From contig OZ024741.1 in the NCBI GenBank assembly GCA_964016885.1, positions 364,064,001 through 364,128,000 of the forward strand: a stretch of 64,000 bases of DNA, read 5' to 3'. Shown in pieces: positions 17,145-31,736 of this stretch. This DNA is from Eledone cirrhosa (Eukaryota). Every line of letters starts with the position of its first letter. Within the stretch, counting starts at the first letter, position 1. Below the pieces are notes generated by a model. It was not told the DNA's origin. It did not search any database and saw only the letters and a list, made by a program, of their open reading frames with translations. Position numbers and translations under genes: made by a program.

Positions 17145-17760
17145 TACCACTTAAGAGCTTTGGCCCGGGCAAACATCCCCTCAATTTTGGAACCATCTGG
17201 GTTGTCCTGAATTGATGGGAAAAGACTTGACGGTCTTACTCTGTGCTGTTGGTCAAGAGGCAGGTTCGTTACCTGGGACGTCACAGTTAGTGACTCTTTT
17301 GCTTCTTCCCACATTCTGAATGTATCGGTAAGGGCGAGAACTACAGCATCTGCAGCTGAACGGAACAAAATCCTAAAATACCGTGTTCTGTCAGCTAACT
17401 ACATTATCCAGCCTGTGGCGTTCGAGACGTTTGGGGGAGTCGGGCTACTGACAGCGAGATTCTTATCTTCACTGGCGGCTCGCCAAACAGAGGTAACTGG
17501 TGATGCTCGTGAGGGCACTTGGTTGTTCCAACACCTCAGCATCGCCATCACCCCAGGTAACGCTGCAAGCGTGCTGGCCTGCCTCAAAAATTATTAGAGA
17601 GGTTTCCAGTGCTCCTCACTATATTGCTATCTTTTACTCTGGTAGCGGCTCGTTTTTCCAATCTTTCGCCTGCATTTTGTTCTATGTAGTCTATGATGTG
17701 TGTATTACGTGCTTGTGTATTCTTTTTCTTTCTTTTTTTCCTTTCCCCTTCCTTTGTATA
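17145..17760 (+). mobile_element. CRE-clade non-LTR retrotransposon 3' end (restriction-like endonuclease)
   Basis: LEPSGLS.IDGKRLDGLTL..WSRG..VTWDVTV...AAERNK..KY...PVAFETFGGVG...LFQHLSIAITPGNAASVLACL. Confidence 0.82.
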
Positions 17761-17769
17761 TATCATATT

Positions 17770-17950
17770 GAATTGGCAGTATCGGTAGAGGGTCGGACGT
17801 CATGCTTTCCAGCATAGTTACGTCCCTTTACGGTCTGAGTTCAAATCACGTCAAGGTTAACTTTGCCTTTCATCCTTACGGGGTCAATAGAATAAAGTAC
17901 CAGTAATACACTGTGATAATTGCTGGCCTTGTGCCAAAAGTAGAAACAAT
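17770..17950 (+). mobile_element. SINE of a second family (Meta-domain-like core); further copies at ~24774, 25357, 38455, 42355, 47915 (+) and 55895, 56095 (-)
   Basis: Shared gagttcaaatc...gaggttaactttgcctttcatccttacggggtcgataaaataaagtaccag core and (TTA)n tails. Confidence 0.75.
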
Positions 17951-19724
17951 TATATTTGTTAGTGTTTTCGTTCTGTAACCATTATATTAAATGAGTTTAA
18001 AAAAAAAAGTGTTAATAAATAAATAAATAAATAAAGAGTTAATAAATAAATAAAAAGTTATACTTGTTTTACCCTCCCATTTCCATTTCACCGAACGCTA
18101 TCATGACTGTATGTGTGAGTTTGTGTAAATGTATGTGTGAATCATGATGGAAGGTTTTGAGATAAATATAAACACTTTAACATAAGTCAAAAGAGTTAAT
18201 AGCAGTTAACTTTTATATTTAGTCCTTCTGTTTGGTTTATAAGGAAGCAGTTTTTTCCCCCCAACATATTCTCCTCATTTAGCAGCCAGTAGTAAACCTT
18301 TTATTTTCTTTTATTCTTTTACTGATTTGACTGCAACAGTACTGGAGCACTGTGTCCAGTCATTTGAGCAAAGTCATTTTGAGCGAGGTTAAAATTATGT
18401 GCTTTTTGAGTAATGGTTATTAAGCGATGTCAGTTTGAGCGAACCTCAAACTGTTTTTTTAAAGACACTTTCAGTGAAGTTCATAAAAATAAAAATATAC
18501 TAGAAACCTACGATTTTTTTTGTACAAATAATTACACCTTTACAATAAAAAAAAAAATTATTAAAAATCGACACATTTTATGGTAGAAAGAACTAAAAAT
18601 TCACAACGTTTAAAATCGAAAAAATTAATTCTAGAAAGAATAAAAATTCAATTTGTATATATTTTGCTTAAAATTAATCTTCACTGAAATTACCATTCAC
18701 TCAAAATGACTTCGCTAAAAATTAACTTCACTCAAAATAAATGGAACCTTGGAGCACTGCCCGAGTGGGATTTAATTAATCATATTGACCCCCAGTACAT
18801 AATTTTTATAGTCTGATAATTATTTTATCAATATCTGTTTGTCAGACTACTAAATTCTAGGACATAAACACAGACACAAATGTAAACAGTCATAAATACA
18901 CACACACATAACAGACTTTTGCACATATTTTATCGACCAAATTCCACTCAAAGGGCATTGGTCAAACCAAGGCTATAGTAGAAGACATTTGCTCAAGGTA
19001 CCATGCAGTTGGACTGAGCCTGGACACACGTAGTTGTGAATCACTCTTTAACCACACAACCATGGCTGTGTCTCCACACAGCAATGCTCACAACTGTATG
19101 TAAATAATTATTCCATAAACTAGTAAAATAAAGTCAATTGTTTCAGCTTTCATAATCAAAGGTACCTACAAAACAGGTAATCAGATTTATTACATAAAGG
19201 ATAAGGGGATAGGGGTTTTGTGTTCATCATACCTTTCCCAAGGCCATCACAGATTAAACCTACCTAATTAAGAGGAGCTTACCAACTATGCTAGGAGGAT
19301 TTACCATAAATAGACAGACACATGCACTCTTTCACACACATACACATATGAAAACATGCTCATAACATATTTACTTACAGCATCTAGTTATAGGTGAATA
19401 TGTGTAAGATATCATCATCATCATTATTACATCCAATTTTCTGTTTGCATGGGTTGGACAGGTCTTTTCCAGTGCCTTCCTCCATATGATATGTTCCTTT
19501 GTAATCTTCTCTGTGAGTTTCAGCATTTTGAGATCTATTCTCACCACTTCCGACCAGATTTTCTTAGGCTCACACACATGCGCACGTGCGCGCACACACA
19601 CACACAGATATTTGACCCATGTAAGCATAGAAAATGGACGTTAAATGGTGATAATGATGATGATATATATCATCATCATTATCACCATTTAACGTCCATT
19701 TTCTATATATATATACATATACAT

Positions 19725-19890
19725 ATAGGAACGAGTAGGACCCCGACGGCTGAGCTCAAGCCGTTTCGAAATGGCTTGAGCTCAGCCGTCGGGGTCCTAC
19801 TCGTTCCTATTACCCACTCTACTACCCTAAGTATTGAGTACTTTGGTGCGTTATGGTCCATCTGGTTCCGTACCACATTTCCTTCGTTAC
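19725..19890 (+). mobile_element. pLTR-like insert with a fold-back at the HHR GAAA (3' half of an HHR)
   Basis: 43-bp arms centred on TTC|GAA; GAAA-(c/t)ggct tgagctc agccg-TC; same family as 48203-48364. Confidence 0.65.
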
Positions 19891-19963
<73 letters not shown>

Positions 19964-19994
19964 CATATATATATATAAATATATATATATATAT

Positions 19995-20867
19995 CTTTAG
20001 GTTTGTTGGTTCACCACTGGATAGAACTGGTCATTCCGTATCGTCAATCCTGGTGTAATATTGTGAAGAGTACTCAACGCAGTGCAGTTCACCCATCTTC
20101 GAAATTGTGGAGTTCCCACTAGCGATCCCGGAGCCAAAGTTAGCTACGTTCCTAGAGTACTCGGAAAAATTAATTTCCATTTCTTTCGCTGGACGATACC
20201 ACTCGAGACTGGCTGACTCATGGTGGTGGGTGTGCTGGCTGGGACTCCCAATCGAAACCTTTACTCTATATCCCATCCTAATATCTTATCGAGTTAAAAA
20301 ATTTTTTTCATATAAGACTCTCTCCGTAAGTTCATTAAATAAATAAATCTCGCTACCTCTATTTTTCAATTTACCATTTTGCAATTTAATATTTTTAATT
20401 TAATTTAATTTCATCCTATAACTCGCAACATAAGTTTAACGTTCCAATCTTCGGTTCACACATTAGACCATACAGACACCCATTATAGATTCTTTGGGTA
20501 GCATTTTTTTGCGGCATTTTCTAACATGAATGTAGTTTGACCCTTACACTACACTTCTTTCTCCCTTTCTTTCTTTCTTTCTTTCTTTCTTCCCTTCTTC
20601 TTTGACGGAGTGGTGGTAGCGCATTGTAAGCCTTCGCCAGATATTCATTGGTAGTTTTCGGTTGCCAACACTTTGAGGGCGGATGGCTGAGTAGCTAGTC
20701 GGTCAGCCATCCTCTCTGTCTCTGATTTTTCGGACCCATGGCTTTTTACATATTCCTTTATTATTTCCAATACCTGATGATATCACCGGATTCATATGTA
20801 ACATTGAAATGATCATAGTTTAATAAACCTTTCAAGGATTTACACCAGTCCAGCCTCCTGTTATTTC

Positions 20868-20870
<3 letters not shown>
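19995..20870 (+). mobile_element. PLE 3' UTR/pLTR-like insert between (TA)n arrays, with an HHR at 20772-20819
   Basis: ac CTGATGA tatcac...gtaacatt GAAA tgatca TA gt, AATAAA at 20822; stems partly decayed. Confidence 0.6.
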
Positions 20871-20919
<49 letters not shown>

Positions 20920-20923
<4 letters not shown>

Positions 20924-21702
20924 AGTACAATAACTAGGGTAAGAACAGGATGGAAGAAGTTCAGGGAACTACTGCCACTGCTAGCTGCAAAAGGCTTTTC
21001 CCTCAAAATGAAAGGCAGACCGTATGATGCGTGTATACGAACAGCAATGTTACATGGTAGTGAGACCTGGGCGCTGAAGGTGGAAGACTTACGTAGATTA
21101 GAAAGAAACGAAGCCTGCATGCTCTGATGGATGTGTAATAGTAATATACGCGAACGGCAAAGCATAAATGAATTGAGAGAGAGACTGAGCATAAGAGGAA
21201 TCAAGTGCTGTGTGCAGGAGAGGCAGTTGCGTTGGTATGGACATGTGATGCGTATGAAGGCTGACAACTGCATAAAAAGGTGCAGAGCACTAGAAGTCAA
21301 TGGAAACCGCGGAGTGGGGAGACTCAAGAAGACCTGGGATGAGGTGATAAAAGCCAACCTTACCCAATTACACCTCTCAAAGGCGATGACACACGACCGT
21401 GACATCTGGCATCTCGCAGTACAGAGTACCCGACCTCCCATGCTGAAGCATATAGACAATATGCCCCCACACCCTCCCACTGCAAAGTGGTCGTGGAGGT
21501 GCCATGGAAAAAAAGCACCCAGCACTCACTGTAAATGAGGTTGGTGTTAGGAAGGGCATCCAGCTGTAGAAATCAAGCCAGAATCAGTTCCTGTATGAGC
21601 AAGGCATGGTCAGCCGACCAGACACTGCCCACAACAGGACAACCCGTCTAACCCATGCTAGCGTGGAAGAACGGACGTAAAACGGTGATGATGATGATGA
21701 TA
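20920..21702 (+). mobile_element. RTE LINE 3' end with 3' UTR and (GAT)n tail
   Basis: WKKFRELLPLL...HGSETW...RQLRWYGHVMRM...GR.KKTW. Confidence 0.88.
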
Positions 21703-22122
21703 TATATATACGTATATATTGGCGGTACTCAGTAACAGAGAAGACCCGCCTTACCTAAATACAAAGTAAAACCTACTACATTCAGTAGGCATCTCTAACA
21801 AAATAACCCCCCCCCCCCGCCACCCCATCCACACCGCCCCCTTCAATGCAAAGTTATGTTGGTGCCACAACATCCAGGCCGAAACAAATGAGATCGTGTA
21901 GGTGTCACGACAAAAAACACACAGTCCACGCTGTAATGTGGCCGTGTAGGCAACACGGTAAAAACCTCCCAGTCCCACACTGTAAATGTGGTTGGTGTTA
22001 GGAAGGGCATCCAGCTGTAGAAAACCCGCCAGACAGTCCTATGCGAGCAAGACAACCACTCTTGCCTCAAGTGGGAAAACCCCCGTCCAAACCCATGCAA
22101 GCGTGGAACAGGGACGTTAAAC

Positions 22123-22159
<37 letters not shown>

Positions 22160-22238
22160 TGTGCGCTTGTTGTATGTGTTTGTGTGTATAAAAAGGATAT
22201 ATATCATCATTATCACCATTTAACGTCCATTTTCTCTC

Positions 22239-22269
<31 letters not shown>

Positions 22270-22279
22270 CATCATCATT

Positions 22280-22705
<426 letters not shown>

Positions 22706-23969
22706 GTATATATGTGTGTACTTGCTGTATGTGTCTGTGTGTATAAAAAGGTAAATACACCCTTCAGTCACAAATGACCATAGGTTTTGGACCTAGAAAG
22801 TTCCTCTTTGAGGCACAAGCTCAAGCAAAGTGTTTTTGTAGAAGACCAGCAGTCACCCATGCATGCCAGTTTCCTTTCCTCTTGCCACCTACTCATTTCT
22901 CCAGATAAATGAACTGAAGCAACATGAAATAAAGTGTTTTACTCAAAGATACAAAGCACTACCCAGTCCACCCTGTAAGGTGCTCACACTGGTACAGCAA
23001 CAAAAAGCTCCCAGTCCACCCTGTTAGGTGATTGTCCTGGTGTCATGACAAAAAAGCACCCAGTCTACCCAATAAAATGGTAGTGGTGGTGCCACGATAA
23101 AAGCTCCCAGTACATGCAGTAATGTGGTTGGCATTAGGAGGGGCAGCCAGCTATAGAAAACCAAGCCACAAACAGATCTGGATGAACATCACATACTCAC
23201 CTTATCTAACTAGCATCATAACATGACAACTCATCTGATCCATGTAAGAATGGAAAATAGACATTAACTGGTGATGATGGTAAAAACTTAAAAATAAAAA
23301 GGGGATTTCAGGTAGTTTGGTATCCAAAACACTAAGGCTGTAGGTATCCCATCCCTGTACTCCTGTCTTGAAAAAGAAGGGCTCATTAAATAATGTCTAA
23401 GATAAATCTAAGATAACTCCTAAAAAGGTGGAATCATAAAGACATAAATGCCTATCATCATAATGTCTGATCTGGGGATATAACAACAACAACAACAAAG
23501 GTTGTTGTTGTTATAACAACAACAACAACAACCTTTGTTGTTGTTGTCACTAGAATAAATCTAAAAACATTCTTTTTATAACTTCAATGAAAAGGTCACA
23601 TGGGGTTATTAAGATAAGCATACACTTAATCTCAAGACCCAGGTATGGGTGTATACAGCCATTTAAATGATATTAGAGGTATTTTCCAGTATGTCGGCTC
23701 GTCCACCCAAGTATTCACAAATATATATATATATATAGATTCATTTATTTATATATATTTCTATATTGTCGAACAATGCTCAGTATAGAGTACAACAAGA
23801 GTAGTTTAAGTTCAATCATCGACAAATTGCTAATAATAATAAATCTCTTTTTAAAGCAGGCTAATCCGATAATCCATATCATTCTAACTTGTATGGATTA
23901 GCCTGTTATACATTGCTAGCCAGATGATGATAATAATAATCAGCCTATTATCATTATCATCATTATTAT

Positions 23970-24712
23970 TGTTCTTTGAGTCTCAGTCATTGATGTTATT
24001 TAACTGGAAAGTTTGTTGAAATGAATATCAAGCCGCTACCTGCAGCTTCAGATATTCAGGACGTATCAGAGGGTTCTTGCTGTTCCCAGCAAGCATGCCT
24101 TTTGAAGTGTTCCAAAAAGCGGGGCTTGACTAAACTTCTTTAACCATACTTGGAAACTCTTTGAGATAGTACCTAGTGCGCCTATGACAATCGGGACGAC
24201 CTTGATTTCATGGCAGTTCCAAATCCTTTTTAACTCCCACTTTAAGTCCTGGTATTGGTTAATTTTCTCCCTCTCCTTCTCTTGCACTCTTGTGTCAAAT
24301 GGGCAGGCTACATTTACAATCAGGCACAATCTTTTTTTCCTTGTTCAAAACTACCAGGTCAGGCCTATTGTGTTCTAATTTCTTGTCCGTCTGTATCCTA
24401 AAATCCCATAGCACCTTCACCTGATCGTTCTCCATCACCGCCTCTGGCTTATGCTCATACCACTTCTCAGAATGTGGTAAATTGTTTACTTTGCATAGGT
24501 GCCAGTGGATCACCCTGCCCATCACATCATGTCTCCAGCCTTTATAGTGCGTCTGGGCTAGGTGTTTACACTCGTATACAATGTGAGCCACAGTCTCCTC
24601 TCTCTCTTTCCACAGATCCTACACAGTGAGCTAGCCTCCTCCTTGTAAATATGGTGTTTCACCCACTTCGTTTTGAGGGCCTGCTCTTGCGCAGCCATTA
24701 GCATTCCTTCTG

Positions 24713-24714
<2 letters not shown>
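23970..24714 (-). mobile_element. R4-clade (Dong/Rex6-like) non-LTR retrotransposon 3' fragment in (TAA)n
   Basis: CRICG...ETVAHIVYEC...RHD...LWDF.IQTD...NRPD...VACP...EK...Y.DL..EL.RIW...VPIVIGALG...LQKACLLGTA; bounded by (TTA)n. Confidence 0.85.
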
Positions 24715-24772
<58 letters not shown>

Positions 24773-25552
24773 GTCTGAGTTCGAATCCCGCCGAGGTTAA
24801 CTTTGTCTTTCATCCTTACGGGGTCGATAAAATAAAGCACCAGTAACGTACTGGGGTTGATTTAATCGATTTTCCCCTCCCCCAAAATTGCTGGCCTTGT
24901 GCCTATATAAGAAACCATTATTATTACCTCAAAGACATGTGGGCAACAATTCACATGTTTTCATTTCATTCCAGTTAGATTCTCTCAATTCAGTCAGAAA
25001 GGAGATAGAAAAATATATATAACAGCGAGGAGAAGGGAGAACTTTAATTTTTTTTTTTAATTCAGAAATTGTAAAGTGTTATTATTACAGTTAAAGAAAG
25101 AAAAAAAACGAAAATGAATTATTCTAAATTATAAAAAGCTGATAACAGTACAATGACAATGATAGAGTTACTTAAAATCTAATATCTGTAAGCATTAAAA
25201 AGACTAGTAGGACATGTGGAAATTCCATGGAAAAAGTTAAGAGGAGCTATTTACATTACTCTATATACACTATTATATTTACTACTAGCGGTGGATTGGC
25301 AGATTACTACTGGGTAATTGCTGGCCTTGTGCCAAAAGTAGAAACAATTATTTATGGCGGTGGATTGGCAGTATCGGTAGAGGGTCGGACACCATGCTTT
25401 CCAGCATAGTTACGTCCCTTTGCGATCTGAGTTCAAATCCCGCCGAGGTTGACTTTGCCTTTCATCCTTACGGGGTCGATAAAATAAAGTACCAGTAATG
25501 CACTGAATAATTGCTGGCCTTGTGCCTAAAGTAGAAACAATTATATTTACTA

Positions 25553-25951
25553 CTAGCAGATGTACCCGGCGTTGCTCGGGAAATGAATGACAGCCTGAAT
25601 TGTTCAAGGTCGTTTATGGCTTAACTAGCAATTTCTGAGTGCATGTCAGCTTATGTCAGCTAATTGGTTAGCCAATGAGAGGTCGCCTCAATAGCACGTG
25701 CCAAATCGGCCTAGTACTTCAAAAGTTAAAAGGAGCCTAGTATTTGTACACAGACAGATACACACACAAAATCGATTTTTTTTCGGCCCCAATATCGATT
25801 TGTTTTTGTCCAAAACCTGCTCTGGCATATAAGCAACATGTGTGCCAAATTTGGTTGAAATCGGCCTAGTATTTCAAAAGTTAAAAGGAGCCTAGTATTT
25901 GTACACAGACAGACACACACACACAGACCGACTTGCTTTTATATATATAGA
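25553..25951 (-). mobile_element. Non-autonomous Helitron
   Basis: 5' TC(TATATATA) start; 3' hairpin cccgagcaacgccggg then CTAG; sits between A and T. Confidence 0.8.
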
Positions 25952-26276
25952 TTATATTTTCACAGTAAAGGCTTTATATCACATAATATCTCACATAATA
26001 TCGAATCTATGAGATTTTGATGTTATTTATTTTGAGAACTACACCATAACATAAGTATGAGTTGCTAGTTATGGCAGTTTGAACAGAAAGAGGTGAGAAA
26101 ATTGTGGTCAGATATGGCCGGTTTAAATGTTAAGGGGTTAAGAGACGTTCGTCTGGCTGTATATTATCTCTTCTCTCCTGTTGTCTTAGTCTACTTTGCT
26201 CTAAAATGATATGCATCTGTTCGTCATTCATTTCCTCACGTCTCTGTACACATACACACATTCAATTCATTATAAT

Positions 26277-26388
<112 letters not shown>

Positions 26389-27104
26389 CGTATGCATATG
26401 TATACATTTATATGTATGAGTATATAAATATAAACGCGCAAACACACATACATTCACACAAAAACACACACATACACTTATACAAGTGTAGCTAATCTTG
26501 CAACGCTCATCGCTATAGCGTTTCACCTCAATTATTCCTCAATTATTACATAGATGAGAGAGAGACTGAGCATAAGAGGAATCAAATGCTGTGCGTAGGA
26601 GAGGAGGTTGCGTTGGTATGGACATGTGATGCGTATGAAGGCTGACAGCTGCATAAACAGGTGTAGAGCAAAGGTTCTCAACGGGGGGCATATGCACCCC
26701 TGGGGGGCGTTAGGGAGACGGTTAGAGCTTTGAGGGGTGCTGGAAGGCTCTTTACTTTGGTAAGTTTTATAAGCAATATTTGTATGTCTTTGAGACAGCC
26801 TGTGTAAATGCATTTGAATGAGCATGCAGACAGCATAACTATAGTCTGACCACAGCTGTGAGCAGGCGCGCAGGCGTATCTAGATATTAACCGGTAATTG
26901 AGATCCTAAAAATGGAAAAACCCACAGTCAACTGGGTCAAGGACACTTTGAGCGCAGCCAGTTAGAATCTTGTCTTTCCTTCACAATGTATTTCATGTCT
27001 GAAGTTATTGACTCAACCGTAACGAGTTAACACTATGTAGATCTATTTTATTCCCTATTGTATAAATAATATTACAAATAAAAAAGAAAAGAAAAAACAC
27101 AGAA

Positions 27105-27612
27105 GCGGGTAGCACACACATCTAGGACCACATACAACACATAATAAGATAATACACACATCTAGGACCACCTACAACACATAAGCAGGTAATACACACA
27201 TCTAGGACCATATACAACACATAAGCAGGTAATACACACATCTAGGACCACATGCAACACATAAGGAGGTTATACATACATCTAGGACTACATACAACAC
27301 ACAGGCAGGTAGTACATACATCTAGGACCACATACAACACATAAGCAGGTAATACAAACATCTAGGACCACATACAACACATAATCAGGTAATACAACTA
27401 GGACTACATACAACAGATAATCAGGTAATACATACATCTAGGACCACATACAACACACAAGGAGGTAATACGCACATCTAGGACCACATACAACACACAA
27501 GCAGGTAATACATACAGCTAGGAGCACATGCAATACATAAGCAGGTAATACATACATCTAGGACTACATACAACACACAGGCAGGTAATACATACATCTA
27601 GGACCACATACT
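27105..27612. repeat. 40-bp minisatellite, ~13 copies
   Basis: Unit ~gcaggtaatacatacatctaggaccacatacaacacataa; ctagga recurs every 40 nt, with one 36-nt unit. Confidence 0.92.
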
Positions 27613-28084
27613 AGCATGAGTTAGACGGGTTGTCCTGTTGTGGGCAATGTCCAGTTGTGTGACCTTGTCTTGCTCATATGGGAACTGATTCTGGCTTGAT
27701 TTCTACAGCTGGATGCCCTTCCTAACACCAACCTCATTTACAGTGAGTCCTGTGTGCTTTTTTGCCGTGGCACCTCCACGACCACTTTGCAGTGGAATGA
27801 TAGGGACCCCAGTCCCTATCATCTCATTTCTACAGCTGAGTAAACTGGAGCAATGTGAAATAAAGTGCCTTGCTCAAGGAAACAACACATCACCCGATCT
27901 GAGAATTGAACTCACAACCTTTCGATTGCAAGGCCAATGCTCTAACCACTAAGCCATGTGCCTTCATGGTTTAGTGTCCAAAATAAGTTGTCAGTCAATA
28001 AATATATATATTCAAAAGTGATTGTTGTTCTCTCCAACATTTAATACATGCTTTGGATTTTAGTCTTCAAATTTATTATTATTA

Positions 28085-28186
<102 letters not shown>

Positions 28187-28519
28187 AATAAGTATGTTTT
28201 GAAACAGTGAGCGAGTTTGAAATTAGAAAATATATAGCTTTCACCGTATTTTTGACTAAAGAAATTTTAGCTTGATAACGGGGTTTAGAACCCTCAGATA
28301 AATGGAAAAAGATGAGTATTGACGTACATATATATATATATAGCATGTATTAAATGTTGGAGAGAACAACAATCATTTTTGAATACATATATTTATTGAC
28401 TGACACTAAACAATCAATATGCACGTTGATGAAATGAATACTGATATCGATATCCGTACAGTGAAAATAAATGGGTGATTTAGTGCCCTCATCGGAGCCA
28501 AAAAAAGGATTATAACATA

Positions 28520-29305
28520 CTACCATAATGGCCCGGCGTTGCTCAGGCTTCTAAACATAGATTGGCATGTTTATCCCTCCTTTCTGAAACAGTACAGAGA
28601 AGTACGGAATACCTCTGCCTGGGGATGGTGTCTACATTTTGTGCTTATAAAAAAAATTCGTCGTAGATTACCAGGAGTTTAACTTAATTGGGTGCCTGAG
28701 AGCAAAATGTTCAACCCACGAAAGCCAAGACGATAGGGTTAAGTAAAAAGGCATTCGACAAGCCGAACATGTATTTCCTGTGCTATGGTACAATGAAAGC
28801 AATAGTTACAGAGCAGTAAGCATGTGGGACTGCAGTGGTGGAGAGCATGAAGAAATTTAGTTGGATACTTTTAAGGTTACAAAAATCTATCCAATCTGAT
28901 ATAGACCGAACTGTTATATCAGATGCCAAACGCTTCGGAGTTACTATTGGGGTCACCATCAACAATTTCAAGGGATGTACATTTAAGTAGGGATAATATA
29001 GTCTATAAAGAGAGGTAACTATTTCAAAATACTAAAGAGTTGTCTCTATTGAACATTGTAGACAAAATTGCCTTAATTAATTGACAAAAAGGGCTTAAAG
29101 TTTTAATGAAAAAAAACGCCTCTAACAACAGAAAATTGAAAAATAAAAGCTGCAGTTAATATCTTTAGACCGCAAGGAATATATAAATGCAAGTTTGAAG
29201 TCAATCGGGATTTGTATAGACTTCGAAGTCAATGTGGATTTGTATAGACTTTGCCAAAATTAGGAAACACACACAGACAAATTCAGTTTTATATATATGT
29301 ATAGA
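28520..29305 (-). mobile_element. Degenerate non-autonomous Helitron
   Basis: gcccggcgttgctc hairpin at the left and ...cagttttatatatatgtatagat at the right, like 25553-25951. Confidence 0.5.
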
Positions 29306-29469
29306 TTACTTCAAAAATAATAATTTTGCTAGACAAATTTTCTTCCATTTACTCGCTTGGTTCACTTGTCTGGCAATCTATATGCATTGAGCACACAAAT
29401 CTTCACTCTACTGGCTTGTAATCTGCTTAACTAAACAACTATTTCTCCTCTTTGATTGGTTTACTTGCC

Positions 29470-29513
<44 letters not shown>

Positions 29514-29557
29514 TCATCATTTCATTTTACGTCCGCTTTTCCCTGCTTGCAAGGGTT

Positions 29558-29663
<106 letters not shown>

Positions 29664-29870
29664 TTACAATAATCAAAGTTCAGTTTAAATCATTTATTTG
29701 CTTACAATTGTTTCCTTGGATTCTTCGGAGCAACTATTTAGTGATCTATAACATACTTGACCTCCTTTTCAACACAAGACATATAAAAACATATGCACAT
29801 ATTGATCAACAGTGGGATGACATCCATCAAAATGATATAGCATGGCAATTTACATATAAAGGTTAAAGGA

Positions 29871-30081
29871 TAAAGATAAAAATAAAAATAAAAATAAAAA
29901 TAAAAATAAAAATAAAAATAAAAATAAAAATAAAAATAAAAATAAAAATAAAAATAAAAATAAAAATAAAAATAAAAATAAAAATAAAAATAAAAATAAA
30001 AATAAAAATACAAATACAAATAAAAATAAAAATAAAAATAAAAATAAAAATAAAAATAAAAATAAAAATAAAAATAAAAAT
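29871..30081. repeat. (AAAAAT)n hexanucleotide array
   Basis: Direct reading, ~35 units. Confidence 0.95.
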
Positions 30082-31736
30082 GAAGCATTGGCAGTCTATG
30101 AAGATAAAGCAAGAGGAAAGTTTAGAGTAGTCAGTGTATGAAACAATCTCACGTGTAGCATGCACGCGTGTCTTATTTATGCAGGATTAGAGTGCGTCAG
30201 AATGTTACTTGCAGGGTTAGGCAGTTGAAGCAGGCAATCGATATTATTATGTGGGCTGAATTATTAAATCATTGTTTCGCATACACCTGTATGATATACA
30301 GTCCTGAATGTAGAGAAACACCAAAATATCAAAAATATCAAACATATTATAAAACATATTATATCGTAGACAAAACAGTACCACTGTCTTCGCGCACACC
30401 ACCACTCACATAATCCATGAGACGCAATATATAGACCACGGGTCTATCATATAATTCACGATGGTTCGGCATATAACCAAGTTATAAACCGTATCTTGTC
30501 GATTTTTAATTAATAGATCATGTTGTTTAGTTTTGTGTGATGATATTATATTCCGGAAGTGTGTGTATGACCAAGGGGAATTAATGCGTAAGGGGAGGTA
30601 ACTAGCTGGTTTACTTGGTTAAATTTATTATCCTAAATTACATTAATGGTGTTTCAAATAATGGTGTTTCAAATAAGTGCCTATCATATGCTGTTATAAC
30701 TAATTTCTAGATTATGTTACTTATCTATAGGTTACAGTGTTGTCTATTAAGAAGTACTAAAGGTGTATATATCAGGATGATTACCTTCTATTAAGGGGTG
30801 TCATATCTGAACATTCTATAAGAAGAGTCAGACCCCCAAATCAATGTTCTTTGTAAGTGTAATTCCTCCCGCAGGACCTGGCATGGTCCTATTATTTTAT
30901 ATGTGACTCCCGGTAAGCTCTGGGTCATTGTATGTCTGAATCCTTGGTAAATCTGAATATCTCCAGGGTGGTCTGGAGATCAAATCTCTCATATAAAGAC
31001 ACCAGTCTGGCCATCAAGCAATAGATAAACTCCTATCTCATATATAAATTAAATTAGGTATCTTATCTACAAACTAGAGTGGAGTCTATTAATAAGTACT
31101 AAAGGGGTTCATATCCTGATGATTACAATCTAATATGGAGTGCCACACCTGGACAATCCATAAGAAGAGTCAGACTACAAAATTAATTATAACGGTCTCA
31201 CTACTAATAAGGGACTTATTACTAATAATGCTCTTATTATCATACAAGACTCCCGGCAAGTTTCGGGTCATTGTATGACTGCATTCCCGGTAAGTTCACC
31301 AGGGTGGTCCGGGGACCCGTTCTCTCATCAAAAGATACTAGTCAGGTCATCAAGCAACACAGAGACTCCTAACTGATGTATCACCTGTGCATAATTCATT
31401 GTACTGATCGTATAGAATATATAGTCACATAATAATAAGATTACTTACTTAATCATCAATCTATCTCATGGTGGCACTCCATGCACAGAACTATGATAGC
31501 ACAACCAATACCGTGTCTACAGTTTATATTAATCATATATTTGTGCAATGCAGTTTAAGTAATCCACGGCCGAGATATCAGAATTAGACGTACATGTGGG
31601 TATCCCCAGGGTAGATGGTGCTATAATGCTGCCAGTATTACCTTTAGAGTATATAAATGGGTGTGGAGATGAGGTGTGAGGTGTGCTACTGATGCTAATT
31701 GCTAGGGGTGGTGACGGTTCCAGTCTGACATTGTTA

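Noticed and set aside
27105-27612. CRISPR-like periodic array
   Set aside because: The whole 40-bp unit repeats with no unique spacers, so it is a eukaryotic minisatellite.
28246-28318. HHR-like motif on the minus strand (CUGAGGG...GAAA)
   Set aside because: The core is mismatched and there is no stem I pairing; at best a very decayed copy.
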